Positions 38,451 to 51,960 of a stretch of DNA of 64,000 bases are shown here, piece by piece (within the stretch, counting starts at the first letter, position 1; each line of letters begins with the position of its first letter). A program made the position numbers and the translations under genes. Under the pieces are notes generated by a model that made no database searches, had not been told where the DNA came from, and worked only from the letters and a program-made list of their open reading frames with translations. The stretch covers positions 54,514,488 through 54,578,487 of the forward strand of contig NC_090393.1 of assembly GCF_036365525.1 (NCBI RefSeq). Reading direction: 5' to 3'. This DNA comes from Heterodontus francisci (lineage: Eukaryota).

Positions 38451-40725
38451 AAAAGTACATAGTTTTTCAAGCCACAGGTTGAGTCCAATGCTTCTGCTGC
38501 TCCCTTTTGCAGAATCTCGTAGCATAGGAAAAGGCTGGAGCTGACTATGTTTGTTCCTTTGTCAGCTGTTGATGAAGCAATGGTGAATTGCTGCATTACA
38601 TCTTCTAGATGGTACACACTTGCAGCCATGGTGCGCTGGTGGTGGAGGGTGTGAATATTTAAGGTGGTAGATGAAGTACCGATCAAGGTGACTGGATGGT
38701 GTTGAGTGTTGTTGGAGCTGCACCCATCCAGACAAGTGGAGAGTATTCCATCACACTCCTGACTTGTGTCTTATGGATGGTGGACTGGCTTGAGTCAGGT
38801 GAGTACTCACCACAGAATTCTTAGCCTCTGACCTGCCATTGTAGCCACAGTCCAGTTAAGTTTCTGGTCAATGGTGACCCCCAGGATGCTGATGGTGGGG
38901 GATTCAGTGATGGTAATGCTGTTAAATGTCTAGGGGAGGTGGTTAGACTCTTTCTAGTTGGAGATGGTCATTTTCTGACATTTTTATGGCACGAATGTTA
39001 TGTGTGACTTATCAGGCCATGTCTGAATGTTGTCCAGGTCTCATTGCATATGGGCACGGACTGCTTCTGTATCTGAGGAGTTGCGAATGTAACTGAACAC
39101 AATGCAATCATCAGCAAACATCCTCACTTCTGACATTATTATTGGAGTTGCCACAGTGGTACCATGTTGCTTTCCATTCATGTGGTCATCCTTTGTCTTA
39201 AAGATCAATAACTTTTGCTCCTGAAAAACACAAAACTGCACGGGTAACAGTCTTACCAATGTCCAGCATGGCATCTGTATGCCTGGCAATGGAGTTTCTG
39301 ATGACTAGAGTCAGCTATCTTTCTTTAATTGTGCTTTATCGTTCCGCTGGTGTTAACATGGGCTGTGCTGCAGAGCAAGGCTACGATCGGAATCGATGTC
39401 TTCCTGTGCGAAAGCAGAAAATATTATTCTCGAAGACAAAAGTACATTTCAGAGTACAGCAGGAAATGGAGTCAAGTGGAGACGTCCAGTTGCCTGATTA
39501 AGGAAGTTCTCAAAATCCACCAGATATATGAAAGCTTTTGAGGTCGGAAGATGATCAGTGCGGTCACTTCGCTGCTTGAGAGTTTCCCCCTGCGCAAGTA
39601 ACGAGACCGATAAAATTGCTCTTTGTTAGATCCTGGTGTGTTTGATAAAATGATGCTGATCTTGGTTAGGTGGAAGTGAAGTACAGACTGTAAGATCTGA
39701 ATCTGGTGTTCAGAGCTGTAAGACGGTAATGGCGAGTGGAACAGATACAGCCGCCAAGTGGAACTCGCATAAGGAACGCTATTGAGTGATAAACATCAAT
39801 TACTGGGTCCTTGTTTCTGCCCTTCAACAATAAATGAAGTTTATTCTGTAATCCGTCATTATAATTAAAATGTTCAAAATTGTATACTTGTTACAGATTT
39901 AAGATATTTTCTTGAAAATGTATTTTAATCTCCTCATAAAATTAACACGTGCTAATTGTGCTCCTATCGTTCTGATATTTGTGTTGCTTTTAATATTTGG
40001 TGCAGCTCCTTTACATGAGCACCTCGCTTTACTGAACCAATGACCGTGACCTACAAGGAGCTCTGGCGTTCTCTGGTGGCTATAATACGACATTGCGGAA
40101 AAAAGCATTTTCCACCACGACACGCCGTGCAATTTTGGGATTCGTTGAAGTTTATCAAGGATGAAGGAAAAAGGTCATTCAGCTTCCTGATAATTCAAAG
40201 TACTTAATAAGGTTATAATTATCTATCTATCTCGCAATTTGATTTAACAATGTGAACAACGGCGAAAAGTAGGAATTTACTGGTGCGAATGAGTCAAAGT
40301 AAAAGTCACAGTAAAAGAGGTAGTTGAGATGTTGGAATGACTAACAATTGATAAAGCGGTGTTAGAATGAAGAGTCACATGGACAAGTGTCAATTGATTA
40401 AGGAAAGCCTGCACAGATCTGTTAAAAACCATCATGTCTAATTAACTCGATTGAGTTTTTTTTGAGGGAGACAATTGATGATGGTAATGCAGTTGATGTG
40501 CTGTAAATAGAATTCCAAAAGGCATCTGATAAAATGCCACATCATAGGTTTATCAGCAAAATTGAAGCCCATGGAATAAAAGGGACAGTGGCAGCATGTA
40601 GGACGTTGGCGAAAGGGCAGGAACAAAAAGTAGAGGTGAGGAGTTATTTTTCAGACTGGAGGCAGGTATACAGTCTGGTTCTCCAGGGGTCAGTACAAGG
40701 ACTAATTCTTTTCATGATATATATT

Positions 40726-43700
40726 TCTTTTGGGCCTCCTTATCTCGAGAGACAATGGATACGCGCCTGGAGGTGGTCAGTGGTTTGTGAAGCAGCGCCT
40801 GGAGTGGCTATAAAGGCCAATTCTGGAGTGACAGGCTCTTCCACAGGTGCTGCAGAGAAATTTGTTTGTTGGGGCTGTTGCACAGTTGGCTCTCCCCTTG
40901 CGCCTCTGTCTTTTTTCCTGCCAACTACTAAGTCTCTTCGACTCGCCACAATTTAGCCCTGTCTTTATGGCTGCCCGCCAGCTCTGGCGAATGCTGGCAA
41001 CTGACTCCCACGACTTGTGATCAATGTCACACGATTTCATGTCGCGTTTGCAGACGTCTTTATAACGGAGACATGGACGGCCGGTGGGTCTGATACCAGT
41101 GGCGAGCTCGCTGTACAATGTGTCTTTGGGGATCCTGCCATCTTCCATGCGGCTCACATGGCCAAGCCATCTCAAGCGCCGCTGACTCAGTAGTGTGTAT
41201 AAGCTGGGGGTGTTGGCCGCTTCAAGGACTTCTGTGTTGGAGATATAGTCCTGCCACCTGATGCCAAGTATTCTCCGAAGGCAGCGAAGATGGAATGAAT
41301 TGAGACGTCGCTCTTGGCTGGCATACGTTGTCCAGGCCTCGCTGCCGTAGAGCAAGGTACTGAGGACACAGGCCTGATACACTCGGACTTTTGTGTTCCG
41401 TGTCAGTGCGCCATTTTCCCACACTCTCTTGGCCAGTCTGGACATAGCAGTGGAAGCCTTACCCATGCGCTTGTTGATTTCTGCATCTAGAGACAGGTTA
41501 CTGGTGATAGTTGAGCCTAGGTAGGTGAACTCTTGAACCACTTCCAGAGCGTGGTCGCCAATATTGATGGATGGAGCATTTCTGACATCCTGCCCCATGA
41601 TGTTCGTTTTCTTGAGGCTGATGGTTAGGCCAAATTCATTGCAGGCAGACGCAAACCTGTCGATGAGACTCTGCAGGCATTCTTCAGTGTGAGATGTTAA
41701 AGCAGCATCGTCAGCAAAGAGGAATTCTCTGATGAGGACTTTCCGTACTTTGGACTTCGCTCTTAGACGGGCAAGGTTGAACAACCTGCCCCCTGATCTT
41801 GTGTGGAGGAAAATTCCTTCTTCAGAGGATTTGAACGCATGTGAAAGCAGCAGGGAGAAGAAAATTCCAAAAAGTGTGGGTGCGAGAACACAGCCCTGTT
41901 TCACACCACTCAGGATAGGAAAGGGCTCTGATGAGGAGCCACCATGTTGAATTGTGCCTTTCATATTGTCATGGAATGAGGTGATGATACTTAGTAGCTT
42001 TGGTGGACATCCGATCTTTTCTAGTAGTCTGAAGAGACCACGTCTGCTGACGAGGTCAAAGGCTTTGGTGAGATCAATGAAAGCAATGTAGAGGGGCATC
42101 TGTTGTTCACGGCATTTCTCCTGTATCTGACGAAGGGAGAACAGCATGTCAATAGTCGATCTCTCTGCACGAAAGCCACACTGTGCCTCAGGGTAGACGC
42201 GCTCGGCCAGCTTCTGGAGCCTGTTCAGAGCGACTCGAGCAAAGACTTTCCCCACTATGCTGAGCAGGGAGATTCCACGGTAGTTGTTGCAGTCACCGCG
42301 GTCACCTTTGTTTTTATAGAGGGTGATGATGTTGGCATCGCGCATGTCCTGGGGTACTGCTCCCTCGTCCCAGCACAGGCATAGCAGTTCATGTAGTGCT
42401 GAGAGTATAGCAGGCTTGGCACTCTTGATTATTTCAGGGGTAATGCTGTCCTTCCCAGGGGCTTTTCCGCTGGCTAGGGAATCAATGGCATCACTGAGTT
42501 CCGATTTGGTTGGCTGTATGTCCAGCTCATCCATGACTGGTAGAGGCTGGGCTGCATTGAGGGCAGTCTCAGTGACAGCATTCTCCCTGGAGTACAGTTC
42601 TAGGTAGTGCTCAACCCAGCGGTCCATCTGTTTGCGTTGGTCAGTGATTATGTCCCCCGATTTAGATTTGAGGGGGGTGATCTTCTTGATGGTTGGCCCA
42701 AGAGCTCTCTTCATGCCATCATACATTCCTCTGATGTTTCCGGTGTCTGAGGCCAGCTGAATATGACTGCATAGGTGTTGCCAGTAGTCGTTTGCGCAAC
42801 GCCTAGCTGTTCTTTGTGCAGTACTTCTGGCTGCTTTAAGTGCTGCGGATGTTAAATCGCTGGGGGCTTTCTTGTAGTTCAAAAGTGCAATGCGCTTAGC
42901 GGCTATGACAGGTTCCAGCTCTTCATTATGAGATTGAAACCAGTCTGCATTTCTCTTCGCACTTTTGCCGTAGGTGGTCAAAGCTGACTCATAGATGGCG
43001 TCTCTGATGTGGGCCCACTTGGTCTCAGCATCCCCTGTGGGAGTGTTTTGAAGGGCTGTTACAAGTGAATTTAGAAATTTTTGTAACAGCTGTGGGTGAG
43101 AAATTCTGCTCGTGTTGATGCGCGGGTGGCCCTTCTGCTTGGAATGATGCAACTTCTTTGGTCTGAGTCTAACCTTGCTGCACACCAGGGAGTGGTCGGT
43201 GTCGCAGTCCGCACTGTGGAAGCTGCGTGTGATTTGAACAATGTTTAAGGCGGCTCGCCTTGTGACAATGAGGTCTAGCTGGTGCCAACGACGTGATCTT
43301 GGGTGCCTCCATGAAACCTGGTGACAGGGTTTAGTGTGAAAGAACGAGTTGGTGATGCAGAGGTTATGATAGGTACACAACTCAAGCAGTCTCTGCCCGT
43401 TCTCATTCATCCTTCCAACGCCATAGCGCCCAAGGCAGGAGGGCCATGAGTCATGGTCGGCCCCAACCCTGGCATTAAAGTCCCCCAGCAGGAATAGGTG
43501 TTCGGTGTTGGGGATGCTGCTAATGATGTTATGGAGTTGTTCATAGAACTGGTCTTTAGCTTCAGGTGCGGAACAGAGTGTTGGAGCATAGATGCTGAGT
43601 AGGTGTACTGGACCAGAGGTGGTGAGCAGTCGGATGGACAGTATGCGTTCCGAGCCATTTGAGGGAGGCTCTATCATGCTGAGCAAGGAGTTTCTGATGG

Positions 43701-44449
43701 CGAAGCCCACTCCATGCTGTCTTGGTTCTTCAGGATCCCTGCCCTGCCAGAAGAAGGTGTAGTCTTGCTCTGCTAGAGAGCCACTCGCGGGGAGGCGAGT
43801 CTCCTGAAGTGCTGCAATGTCCACATTGAGTCTACTGAGCTCGTTGTTAATGATGGCGGTCTTCCGAGAATCGTTGATTTGTGTAAGGTCTTCCGACAGG
43901 CCAGGACACATAGTTCTGACGTTCCAGCTTGCAAAGCGAAGGGCTGGTACCTTCTTTCCTTTTTTCATGTTGTTTGGTGCGGTGTATCAGTCCACCTTTC
44001 GGGCAATGACCCTGAGCTCCAAGCACCCATTGAAGCAGGCAGACTGTGGCGGGACAGAACCTTATTGACCGGGGGCTGCCCGGTTTGAGGCGGGCGGTAG
44101 CTGTCCAGTGAGGTGCAATGACCTCTCCCACCGACAAAGGCAACCCGTGGCGCCCAGTTTCTACGCCAATTTATCTGGACTTATAACCCGTAACTGCTGC
44201 CTTCCGTGTTGTTTCAGTCGCTGTGAGGCAACTATGGAGTGACCTCTCCATGGCGCATGCCTGGGCAAATTTATGGAGGTTGAGAGTTGCCCAGTCGTCA
44301 AAACCCCCCTCTCGGCCTTTCTGGTGGGGTCCAAAGGAGTGCAGGACACGACGTTTGGCACCAGTATGGCTGCAGGAACTGCCGGAAACATGCCAAAGGT
44401 GACACATGACCGCCTACGGGGTTCCGCTCCGGATTTTCTGTTAGGGTTA
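40726..44449 (-). mobile_element. Near full-length RTE LINE inserted into an older CR1, with a 67-bp TSD
   Basis: Identical 67-bp direct repeats at 40659-40725 and 44450-44516. Short 3' UTR ending ...GGAGGCCCAAAAGA and ~480 bp of 5' UTR. Confidence 0.92.
40777..43968 (-). CDS. RTE-clade LINE ORF (AP endonuclease + reverse transcriptase + C-terminal C2H2-like zinc finger), uninterrupted, 1063 aa
   Basis: EN motifs WNVRT, LQET, GDFNA, TDH; RT motifs QCGFR, FIDLTKAFD, GVKQGCVLAPTLF, FADD, YLGS; RTE-type RRLRWLGHV; C-terminal CxxCGRxCxSRIGLxSH. No stops or frameshifts. Confidence 0.95.
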   Translation of the reverse strand: MKKGKKVPALRFASWNVRTMCPGLSEDLTQINDSRKTAIINNELSRLNVDIAALQETRLPASGSLAEQDYTFFWQGRDPEEPRQHGVGFAIRNSLLSMIEPPSNGSERILSIRLLTTSGPVHLLSIYAPTLCSAPEAKDQFYEQLHNIISSIPNTEHLFLLGDFNARVGADHDSWPSCLGRYGVGRMNENGQRLLELCTYHNLCITNSFFHTKPCHQVSWRHPRSRRWHQLDLIVTRRAALNIVQITRSFHSADCDTDHSLVCSKVRLRPKKLHHSKQKGHPRINTSRISHPQLLQKFLNSLVTALQNTPTGDAETKWAHIRDAIYESALTTYGKSAKRNADWFQSHNEELEPVIAAKRIALLNYKKAPSDLTSAALKAARSTAQRTARRCANDYWQHLCSHIQLASDTGNIRGMYDGMKRALGPTIKKITPLKSKSGDIITDQRKQMDRWVEHYLELYSRENAVTETALNAAQPLPVMDELDIQPTKSELSDAIDSLASGKAPGKDSITPEIIKSAKPAILSALHELLCLCWDEGAVPQDMRDANIITLYKNKGDRGDCNNYRGISLLSIVGKVFARVALNRLQKLAERVYPEAQCGFRAERSTIDMLFSLRQIQEKCREQQMPLYIAFIDLTKAFDLVSRRGLFRLLEKIGCPPKLLSIITSFHDNMKGTIQHGGSSSEPFPILSGVKQGCVLAPTLFGIFFSLLLSHAFKSSEEGIFLHTRSGGRLFNLARLRAKSKVRKVLIREFLFADDAALTSHTEECLQSLIDRFASACNEFGLTISLKKTNIMGQDVRNAPSINIGDHALEVVQEFTYLGSTITSNLSLDAEINKRMGKASTAMSRLAKRVWENGALTRNTKVRVYQACVLSTLLYGSEAWTTYASQERRLNSFHLRCLRRILGIRWQDYISNTEVLEAANTPSLYTLLSQRRLRWLGHVSRMEDGRIPKDTLYSELATGIRPTGRPCLRYKDVCKRDMKSCDIDHKSWESVASIRQSWRAAIKTGLNCGESKRLSSWQEKRQRRKGRANCATAPTNKFLCSTCGRACHSRIGLYSHSRRCFTNH

Positions 44450-44516
44450 GAGGCAGGTATACAGTCTGGTTCTCCAGGGGTCAGTACAAGGACTAATTCT
44501 TTTCATGATATATATT

Positions 44517-46400
44517 AATGACTTGGATTTGGGTTTACATGGCACCATTTCAAAGTTTTCAAATCATACAAAATTGGAAATATTGTGAACAATGATAGAG
44601 TTCAAGAGGACATAGACAAGTTGGTGGAATGGGCATACACATGGCAGATGAAATTTAATTCAGAGAAGTGTGATATGATGCATTTTGATAAGAAGAGGCA
44701 ATATAAAATAAAGGATACAATTCTAATATGGTGCAGGAATAGAGAGACCAGGGGGTATATCTACACAAATCATTGAAGGTGGCAGGGCAGGTTGAAAAAG
44801 CAGTTGAAAAAAAGCATATGGGATTCTGTGCGTTATAAATAGAGGCATAGAGTGCAAAAGCAAAGAAATTATGATGAACTTTTATAAAACACTGGTTTGG
44901 CCTTGACTGGAGTATTGTGTCCAGTTCTGGGAGCTGCACTTTAGGAAGGATGTGAAGGCCTTAGGGAGGCTGCAGAAAGGATTACAAGAATGGCTCCAGG
45001 CATGAGGAACTTCAGTTACATGGATAGATTGGAGAAGCTGGGGCTGTTCTTCTTAGAGCAGAGAAAGTTGAGAGGAGATTTGATAGAAGTGTTCATGAGG
45101 CGTTTAGTGTTACAAGTGCTTCCATTTTTTGGTAAATTATGAAGATTTGTGGTTTAAAAATGAAAAGGAGTCCATGGATTTTTTTTTACAAAGGTTACTG
45201 AGAGGTCTGGACTGTAAATAATTACTGGAAGGCACCTGTTTTCAAATAATTACACAGCAGGGATTGTTTTTGACTTGGAGAAAGATGGTCATAGAGAAGT
45301 GACAGGTCGAGATTTATAGGGGTCAGGAGCCTTATCTGTTGTGACATTGTTTATGGTTTCACTTTGGACAGTGAGTTGGGATATGGGAAATGGTTTGAAA
45401 AGACAGTTGGAGAAAACATGCCGAGGAAGCAGAACCCCAGCTCAGTCTGTTCCATTCTTTAAAAAGCCTGCCAGATTTCCATCTCTTGAGAAGCTGAGCA
45501 GCAATTGTAAGAAACTGCCTGAAACCCGTAACTGCATTTTTTCTGGAAAGCTTGCCTAAATTGATCTTCAATGTCGCCTGAAAAGAACTGTTCCAGGAAG
45601 ATTCCAGTGACAGCCGTCTATATGCATTTGGGACGCCAAACCAAAATGAAGGACATCTTTCCACATCTCTTTTATCTTCAAAAATTAGCAAGTATTTAAC
45701 TCAAGTGTTTTTGTCATTTTTTTTTGTAATAGAGCTCTAAAACAAAAATGCCTTTATTTTTCTGGTTAACCACTGTATGTGTGTGTGTGTGAGAGGGGCT
45801 AAGGTAAAAGGGAACTTTAATATTTCAATCTGTGTGTTTATGCTTTGCTACCTTACTGGTTAAGACTTGTTTTATAATAAACTGATAATTTTGTTGTTTA
45901 TTAAAGAAACCTGGTTGGGATGTTTTATTCTGGGGTAAAAATAGAGTTTATGATTAACAGTATCGGTAAGTGGGAAAAATTTTAATATATATTGTGACCT
46001 GTGGCGAAGTGGAACTAAAATAAACAGTGCACTCCTCTCGCCTCAGTCATAACACGAGACACAATTGTTGGAGAGAAACTTCCCATTAATAGAATGGTCG
46101 AGAACCAGAGGACACATTTAAGGCAATTGGCAAAGGAACAAAAGGTGACATGAGGAAAAACATTTTTACACAGTAAGTGGTTAGGATCTGGAGTGCACTA
46201 CCTGAGGGTAGAGAGGAGGCAGATTTGATTGTGGTTTTCAAAAGGGAATTAGAAAGTACTGGAAGAGAAAAAAAAATTGCAGGGCTCTGGTGAAAGGCCA
46301 GGGGAGTGGGACTAGCAGGATTGCTCTTGATGAGAGCTGCCGTGGACTCGATGGGCTGAATGGCATCTTCTGTGCTGTAACTATTCTATGATTGTATGAT
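44517..46400 (+). mobile_element. 3' part of the CR1 that hosts the RTE (5' part at ~40290-40725)
   Basis: WAYTWQMKFNSEKC, LEYCVQFW; 3' tail CTATGATT at ~46385-46400. Confidence 0.75.
45108..46054 (+). mobile_element. Probable solo LTR (Gypsy-like)
   Basis: TGTTACAA...TCATAACA termini, internal AATAAA, and CR1 sequence continuous on both sides. The TSD is degraded (TTAG/CGAG). Confidence 0.55.
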
Positions 46401-48624
46401 TTTATAAATTATTAAATTATTTGAAGAAACTCAAACTGAGGATTAACGTTAGTCACAAGTAACCAGCAAACAAATGCTTTGTGTACAACGACCACAAGGC
46501 AGTTATACTACCCATGTGTTAGGATGTAAATAACAGTTTCAAAGGTAATGAATTATTACCGTATGAAGAACATCACCTAATAAGGATAAAAATCAACTCG
46601 AAAGCAAAAGAAGACATTGATTGTATAGGTCTGTGTTGATGTGTTTATGTATTTGTTTGTATGTGTGTGTGCTGAGTGCTTTGTGAGGTGGGAGAGGTGT
46701 GGTGGGAGAGAAACAAAGGCTCTGTCTATGCGGACAACTGAAGACAGGGAAACAAATAGAAAGACACCATGATTTTTGAAGGCACCTGGCGAGAGTAGGG
46801 ATGTAGTGATTGAATGAATCACTTTCTAGGTAAAGCTACCAATCAGACCTTGTCCTCACTAATCTACCTGTTGCAGATGCATCTGTCCAAGACAGTACTG
46901 GTAGGAGTGACCACTGCACAATCCTTGCAAAAAAAAAGTCTCGTCTTCACATTGAGGATACCTTCCATTGTATTGTGTGGAATTACCACCGTACTAAATG
47001 GGATAGATTTAGAACAAATTTGGCAGCTTAAAACTAAGCATCCATGAGGCATTGTTGGCCATCAGCAGCAGCAGAATTGTATTCAACCACAATCTGTAAC
47101 CTCATGACCCAGCAAATCCCTCTCTACCATTACCATCAAGCCTAGGGATCAACCCTGGTTCAATAAAGAGTGCAGGAGAGCCTGCCAGGAGCAGCACCAG
47201 GCATACCGAAGAATGACGTGTCAACCTGGTGAAACTATGGCACACGACTACTTGCAAAACTGGAGTCAATGAGAATCAGGGGGAAAACCCTCCATTGGTT
47301 GGAATCATACCTAGCACAGAGGAAGATGGTTGTGGTTGTTGGAGGTCAATCATCTCAGTTCCAGGACATCACTGCAGTAGTTCCTCAGGGTAGTGTGCTA
47401 GGGTCAACCATCTTCCGCTGCTTCATCAATAACTTTCCATCCATCATAAGGTCAGAAGTGGGGAAGCTCACTGATGATTGTACATTGTTCAGTACCATTT
47501 GCGACTCCTCAGATACTGAAGCAGCCTGTGACCATATACAGCAAGATCTTGACAACATTCAGGCTTGGGCTGATAAGTGGCAAATAACATTTGCACCACA
47601 CAAGTGCCAAGCAATGACCATTTCCAATAAGAAAGAATCTACTATCTACCTTTAACATTCAATGGCATTACCATTGCTGAATCCCCCAGGATCAACATCC
47701 TGAGTGTTACCATTGACCAGAAACTAAACTGAAGCAGTCACATATATACTGTGGCTACAAGAGCAGGTCAGAGGTTGTGAATTCTGTGGCAAGTAACCCA
47801 CCTCCTGACTCCTGAAAGCCTGTCCACCATCTCCAAGGCACAAGTCAGGAGTGTGATGGAACACTCTCCAGTTGCCTGGATCAGTGCGGCTCCAGCAACA
47901 CTCAGGAAACTCATCATCCAGGACAAAGCAACCCGCTTGATCGTCACCCATGCACCACCTTCAACATTCACTCCCTCCACCACCGATGCACAGTAGCAGC
48001 ACTGTGTACCATATACAAGATGCACTGCAGCAACTCACCACATTTCCTTTGACAGCATCTTTCAAACCTGCGAACACTGCCACCAAGAAGGACAAGGGCA
48101 GCAGATATGTGGGAATACCACCATCTGCAAGTTCCTCTCCAACCACACACTATCCTGACTTGGAAATATATCACTGTTCCTTCCACTGGATCAAAATCCT
48201 GGAACTCCCTCCCGAACAGCACTGTGGGTGTGATCAAAAGATGTCAAGCATAAAATGAATAGGAAGGGACCAGAGTTTGGACGTTGAAACACCTGGATGT
48301 GACTACGAAGTTATCAAAAGGAGAAACTGTTAGACCCTATATCGTGACAACATTTAGCAGAAATGAATGGAACCAGGGAATTACTGGGCCCTTGGATAAA
48401 CCCAGGAGTAGAGGATGTGGAATAGAAGGGAGTGGTCAATGGTGCGGAATATGGAAGACAGAACGAGAAGATAGGAAAGTTCACCATTGCTGACTATGAC
48501 CAGGGCAGCAACGATGCAGCTGATAGGCAGGAACTGGGATGGATTGATATTAAACAAATATCACATGAAAATTCAGGGGTACATTTCTGAAAGGGTTTGC
48601 CTGATCTCCCTGTACATACCAGCA

Positions 48625-51045
48625 TACATATTAGGAGCAGGAATCGACCATTTGACCCCTCGAGCCTGCTCCACCATTCAATATGTTCATAGCTGAACTG
48701 ATTACTTCACATTTCCATCTACCCCCGATAACCTTCCACCCTCTTGCTTATCAAGAATCTATCTACCTCTGCCTTAAAAATATTCAAAGAATCTGCTTCC
48801 ACTACCTTTTGAGGAAGACAATTCCAAAGACTCATGACCCACTGAGAGAAAGAAACTTCTGCTAATTTCTGTCTTAAATGGGTAATCCCCTATTTTTAAA
48901 CAGTGGCCCCTAGTTAGAGATTCTCCCACAAGGGGAAACAGCCTTTCCACATCAATCCTGTCAAGACCCCTCAGGATCTTATATGTTTCAATCAAGTCGC
49001 CTCTTACTCTTCTAAATTCCAGCGGATACAAGCCTAGCCTGTCTAATCTTTCCTCGTAAGACAGACCACCTATTCCAGGTATTAGTCTAGTAAACCTTCT
49101 CTGTACTGCCTCCAATGCATTGACACCCTTCCTTAAATAAGAAGACCAGTACTGTACACAGTACTCCAGATGTGGTCTCACCAACGCCCTGTATAGCTGA
49201 AGCATAACCTCCCTACTTTTGTATTCAATTCCCCTCATGATAAACGATAACATTCTATTAGCTTTCCTAATTACATACTGTACCTGCATACTAACCTTTT
49301 GTGATTCATGCGCTAGGACACCAAGCTCCCTCTGCATCTCAGAGCTCTGCAATCTCTCACCATTTAGATAATACGCTTCTTTTTTATTCTTCCTGCCAAA
49401 GTGGACAATTTCCCACTTTCCCACATTATAGTCCATTTGCCAGGTCTTTGCCCACTCACTTAACCTATCTATATCCCTTTGTAGCCTCCTTACGTCCTCT
49501 TCACAAGTTACTTTCCTACCTATCTTGGTGTCATCAGCAACTTAGCAACCATACCTTCGGTCCCTTCATATGTCATTTATATAAATTGTAAAAAGTTGAG
49601 GCCCCAGCACAGGTCCCTTGTGGCACACCACTCATTACATCTTGCCAACCAGAAAGTGACCCATTTATGTCTACTCTCTGTTTCCTGTTAGATAACCAAG
49701 CTTCTATCCATGCTATTTGTTACTCCCTACACCATGAGCTTTTATTTTCTGTAATAACCTTTGATGTGGCACCTTATCAAATGCCTTCTGGAAATCCAAG
49801 TACAGTACAGCCAGCGGTTCCCCTTTATCCACAGCCCTCAAAGAACTCCAATAAATTGGTTAAACATGATTTCCCTTTCACAAAACCATGTTGACTCTGC
49901 CTGATTACCTTGAATTTTTCTAAATGCCCTGCTATAACATCTTTAATAATAGCTTCTAACATTTTCCCTGAGACAGGTGTTAAGCTAACTGGCCTGTAGT
50001 TTCCTGCTTTCTGTCTCCCTCCTTTTTTAATAAAGGAGTTACATTTGCTATTTTCCAATCTAAAGGAACCTTCCCCGAATCCAGGGAATTTTGGAAAATT
50101 AAAATGAACGCATCAACTATCTCACTAGCCATTTCTTTTAAGACCCTAGGATGAAGTCTATCAGGACCCGAGGATTTGTCAGCCCGCAGCTCCAACAATT
50201 TGTTCAGTACCACTTCCCTGGTGATTATAATTTTCTGGAGTTCCTCCCTCCCTTCCATTTCCTGATTTACAGCTAATACTTGTATCCTTAATAGTGAAGA
50301 CCGATGCAAAATATCTGTTCAATTCATCTGCCATCTCCTTATTGATTCCCCAGACTCACTTTCCATAGGACCAATGCTCACTTTGTTAACTCTTTTCTTT
50401 TTTAAATCTCTATAAAATCTCTTACTAACTGTCTTTATATTTCTAGCTAGCTTTCTCTTGTACTCTAATTTTACCTTTTTTTAAAATCAATCTTTTAGTC
50501 CTTCTTTGCTGTTTCTTATATTCTGTCCAATCTTCTGACCTGCCTCCCATCTTTGCACAATTGTAGGCTTTTTCTTTAAGTTTGATACTATCTTTAACTG
50601 TTTTAGTTAACCATGGATGGTGGGTCCCACCTTTGGAATTTTTCTTTCTCGTTGAAATGTATCTATTCCGTGTATTCTGAAATATCCCCTTAAATGTCTG
50701 CCACTGCATCTCTATTGACCTGTCCCTTAACCTGATTGGCCTGTACACTTTAGCTAGCTCTGCTTTCATGCACTCATAATTGTCCTTATTTAAGTTTAAA
50801 ATACTAGTCTTGGACCCACTCTTCTCTCCCTCAAACTGAATGTAAAATTCAATAATATTATAATCGCTGCTACATAGAGGCATCTGAACTATGAGGCCAT
50901 TAATTATTCCTATCACGTTGCACGATACCAGGTCTAGTATTGACTGCTCTTTTGTTGGCTCCAGAATGTATTGTTCCAAGAAATTATCCCCAAAACATTC
51001 TATGTACTCCTCATCTAGGCTACCTCTGATTTTTCTAGTCTATAT
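48625..51045 (-). mobile_element. CR1 LINE, moderately decayed
   Basis: ORFs 48774..49436, 49825..50309 and 50443..50979 carry CR1 EN/RT motifs. Confidence 0.88.
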
Positions 51046-51314
51046 TGTACTGCCCACCACTATTTGACCCATAAAGTCACTCAAAGCATTGCTTCAAAAT
51101 TCCAATCATATGCTGGATGCTTGTCCTGTTTGAGGCATGGACTGCATTAGATCTGTGCGGGCCTTTGTGTGTGTATGTATGTGCATTACACAGGTAGCAA
51201 AAGGTATCTTTGGTTACCCATTAGCCAGTCCTGCAGTGTTCATGGATAATTAAAAACTGGTGGCATGGAAGACTGATGTAAAGGAAAGCACCTACAAGGT
51301 ACAATATCAAGTTC

Positions 51315-51960
51315 TGTGATCAAGTCAGAGAGATTACGAGGCTTAACTAAGATATACAAAGTTAATACTTAACAAAGTCAATAGATATGCAGCAACACTC
51401 TGCACTGGTTCTTTCTTCTGAGCTCGGTGGGACATGGACATCTCTCCTTCTTCTCCTCTTGCTGTGTTCTGTTGACCTTGGTCTATCTTCTCCTTCTAAG
51501 TGTGCCAAAAATGTCCCGCAATTCCATTTTTATCCTTCTTGGGGTACTAGGAACTTACCATATTAGGATACTTGGAACAATTCATAACCTAATTGGTCTA
51601 GGTTGACATCATTGTTAGATCCTAGTTAATGGTTCAACATAGTTTACAGACGTTTCCCGTTTCTTTCTATTTTCACAAGGATTCTAAAGGTCAAATTTTT
51701 GCTGATACCAACCATTTTTACAATTCTGCTGTTTCACATTTATCTCCTCCTGAAAGGAGTGCTGTGGTCTTCAACCCATCTCTCCCATTGTTCTTACCCA
51801 AAGGATAAAACATAGCCTTGAAAAATCATTTCATAATAAAACAAGCATTAGCTCAAACAGACTTCAATATATTAGTGTACATAGCATATGATTAGTCCTA
51901 TTATTTTAGCGTTTCATATTTTTCACAAATGTAAAATATGTCACAGTTCATAGCCCCACA
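51315..51960 (-). mobile_element. Possible solo LTR
   Basis: TGTG...CACA termini, flanks AGTTC/AGTGC (4/5 TSD match), AT-rich and non-coding. Confidence 0.4.

Noticed and set aside
44441-44450. TTAGGGTTAG telomere-like motif at the RTE 5' junction
   Set aside because: It is under two repeat units and plausibly part of the element's own 5' UTR plus junction microhomology.
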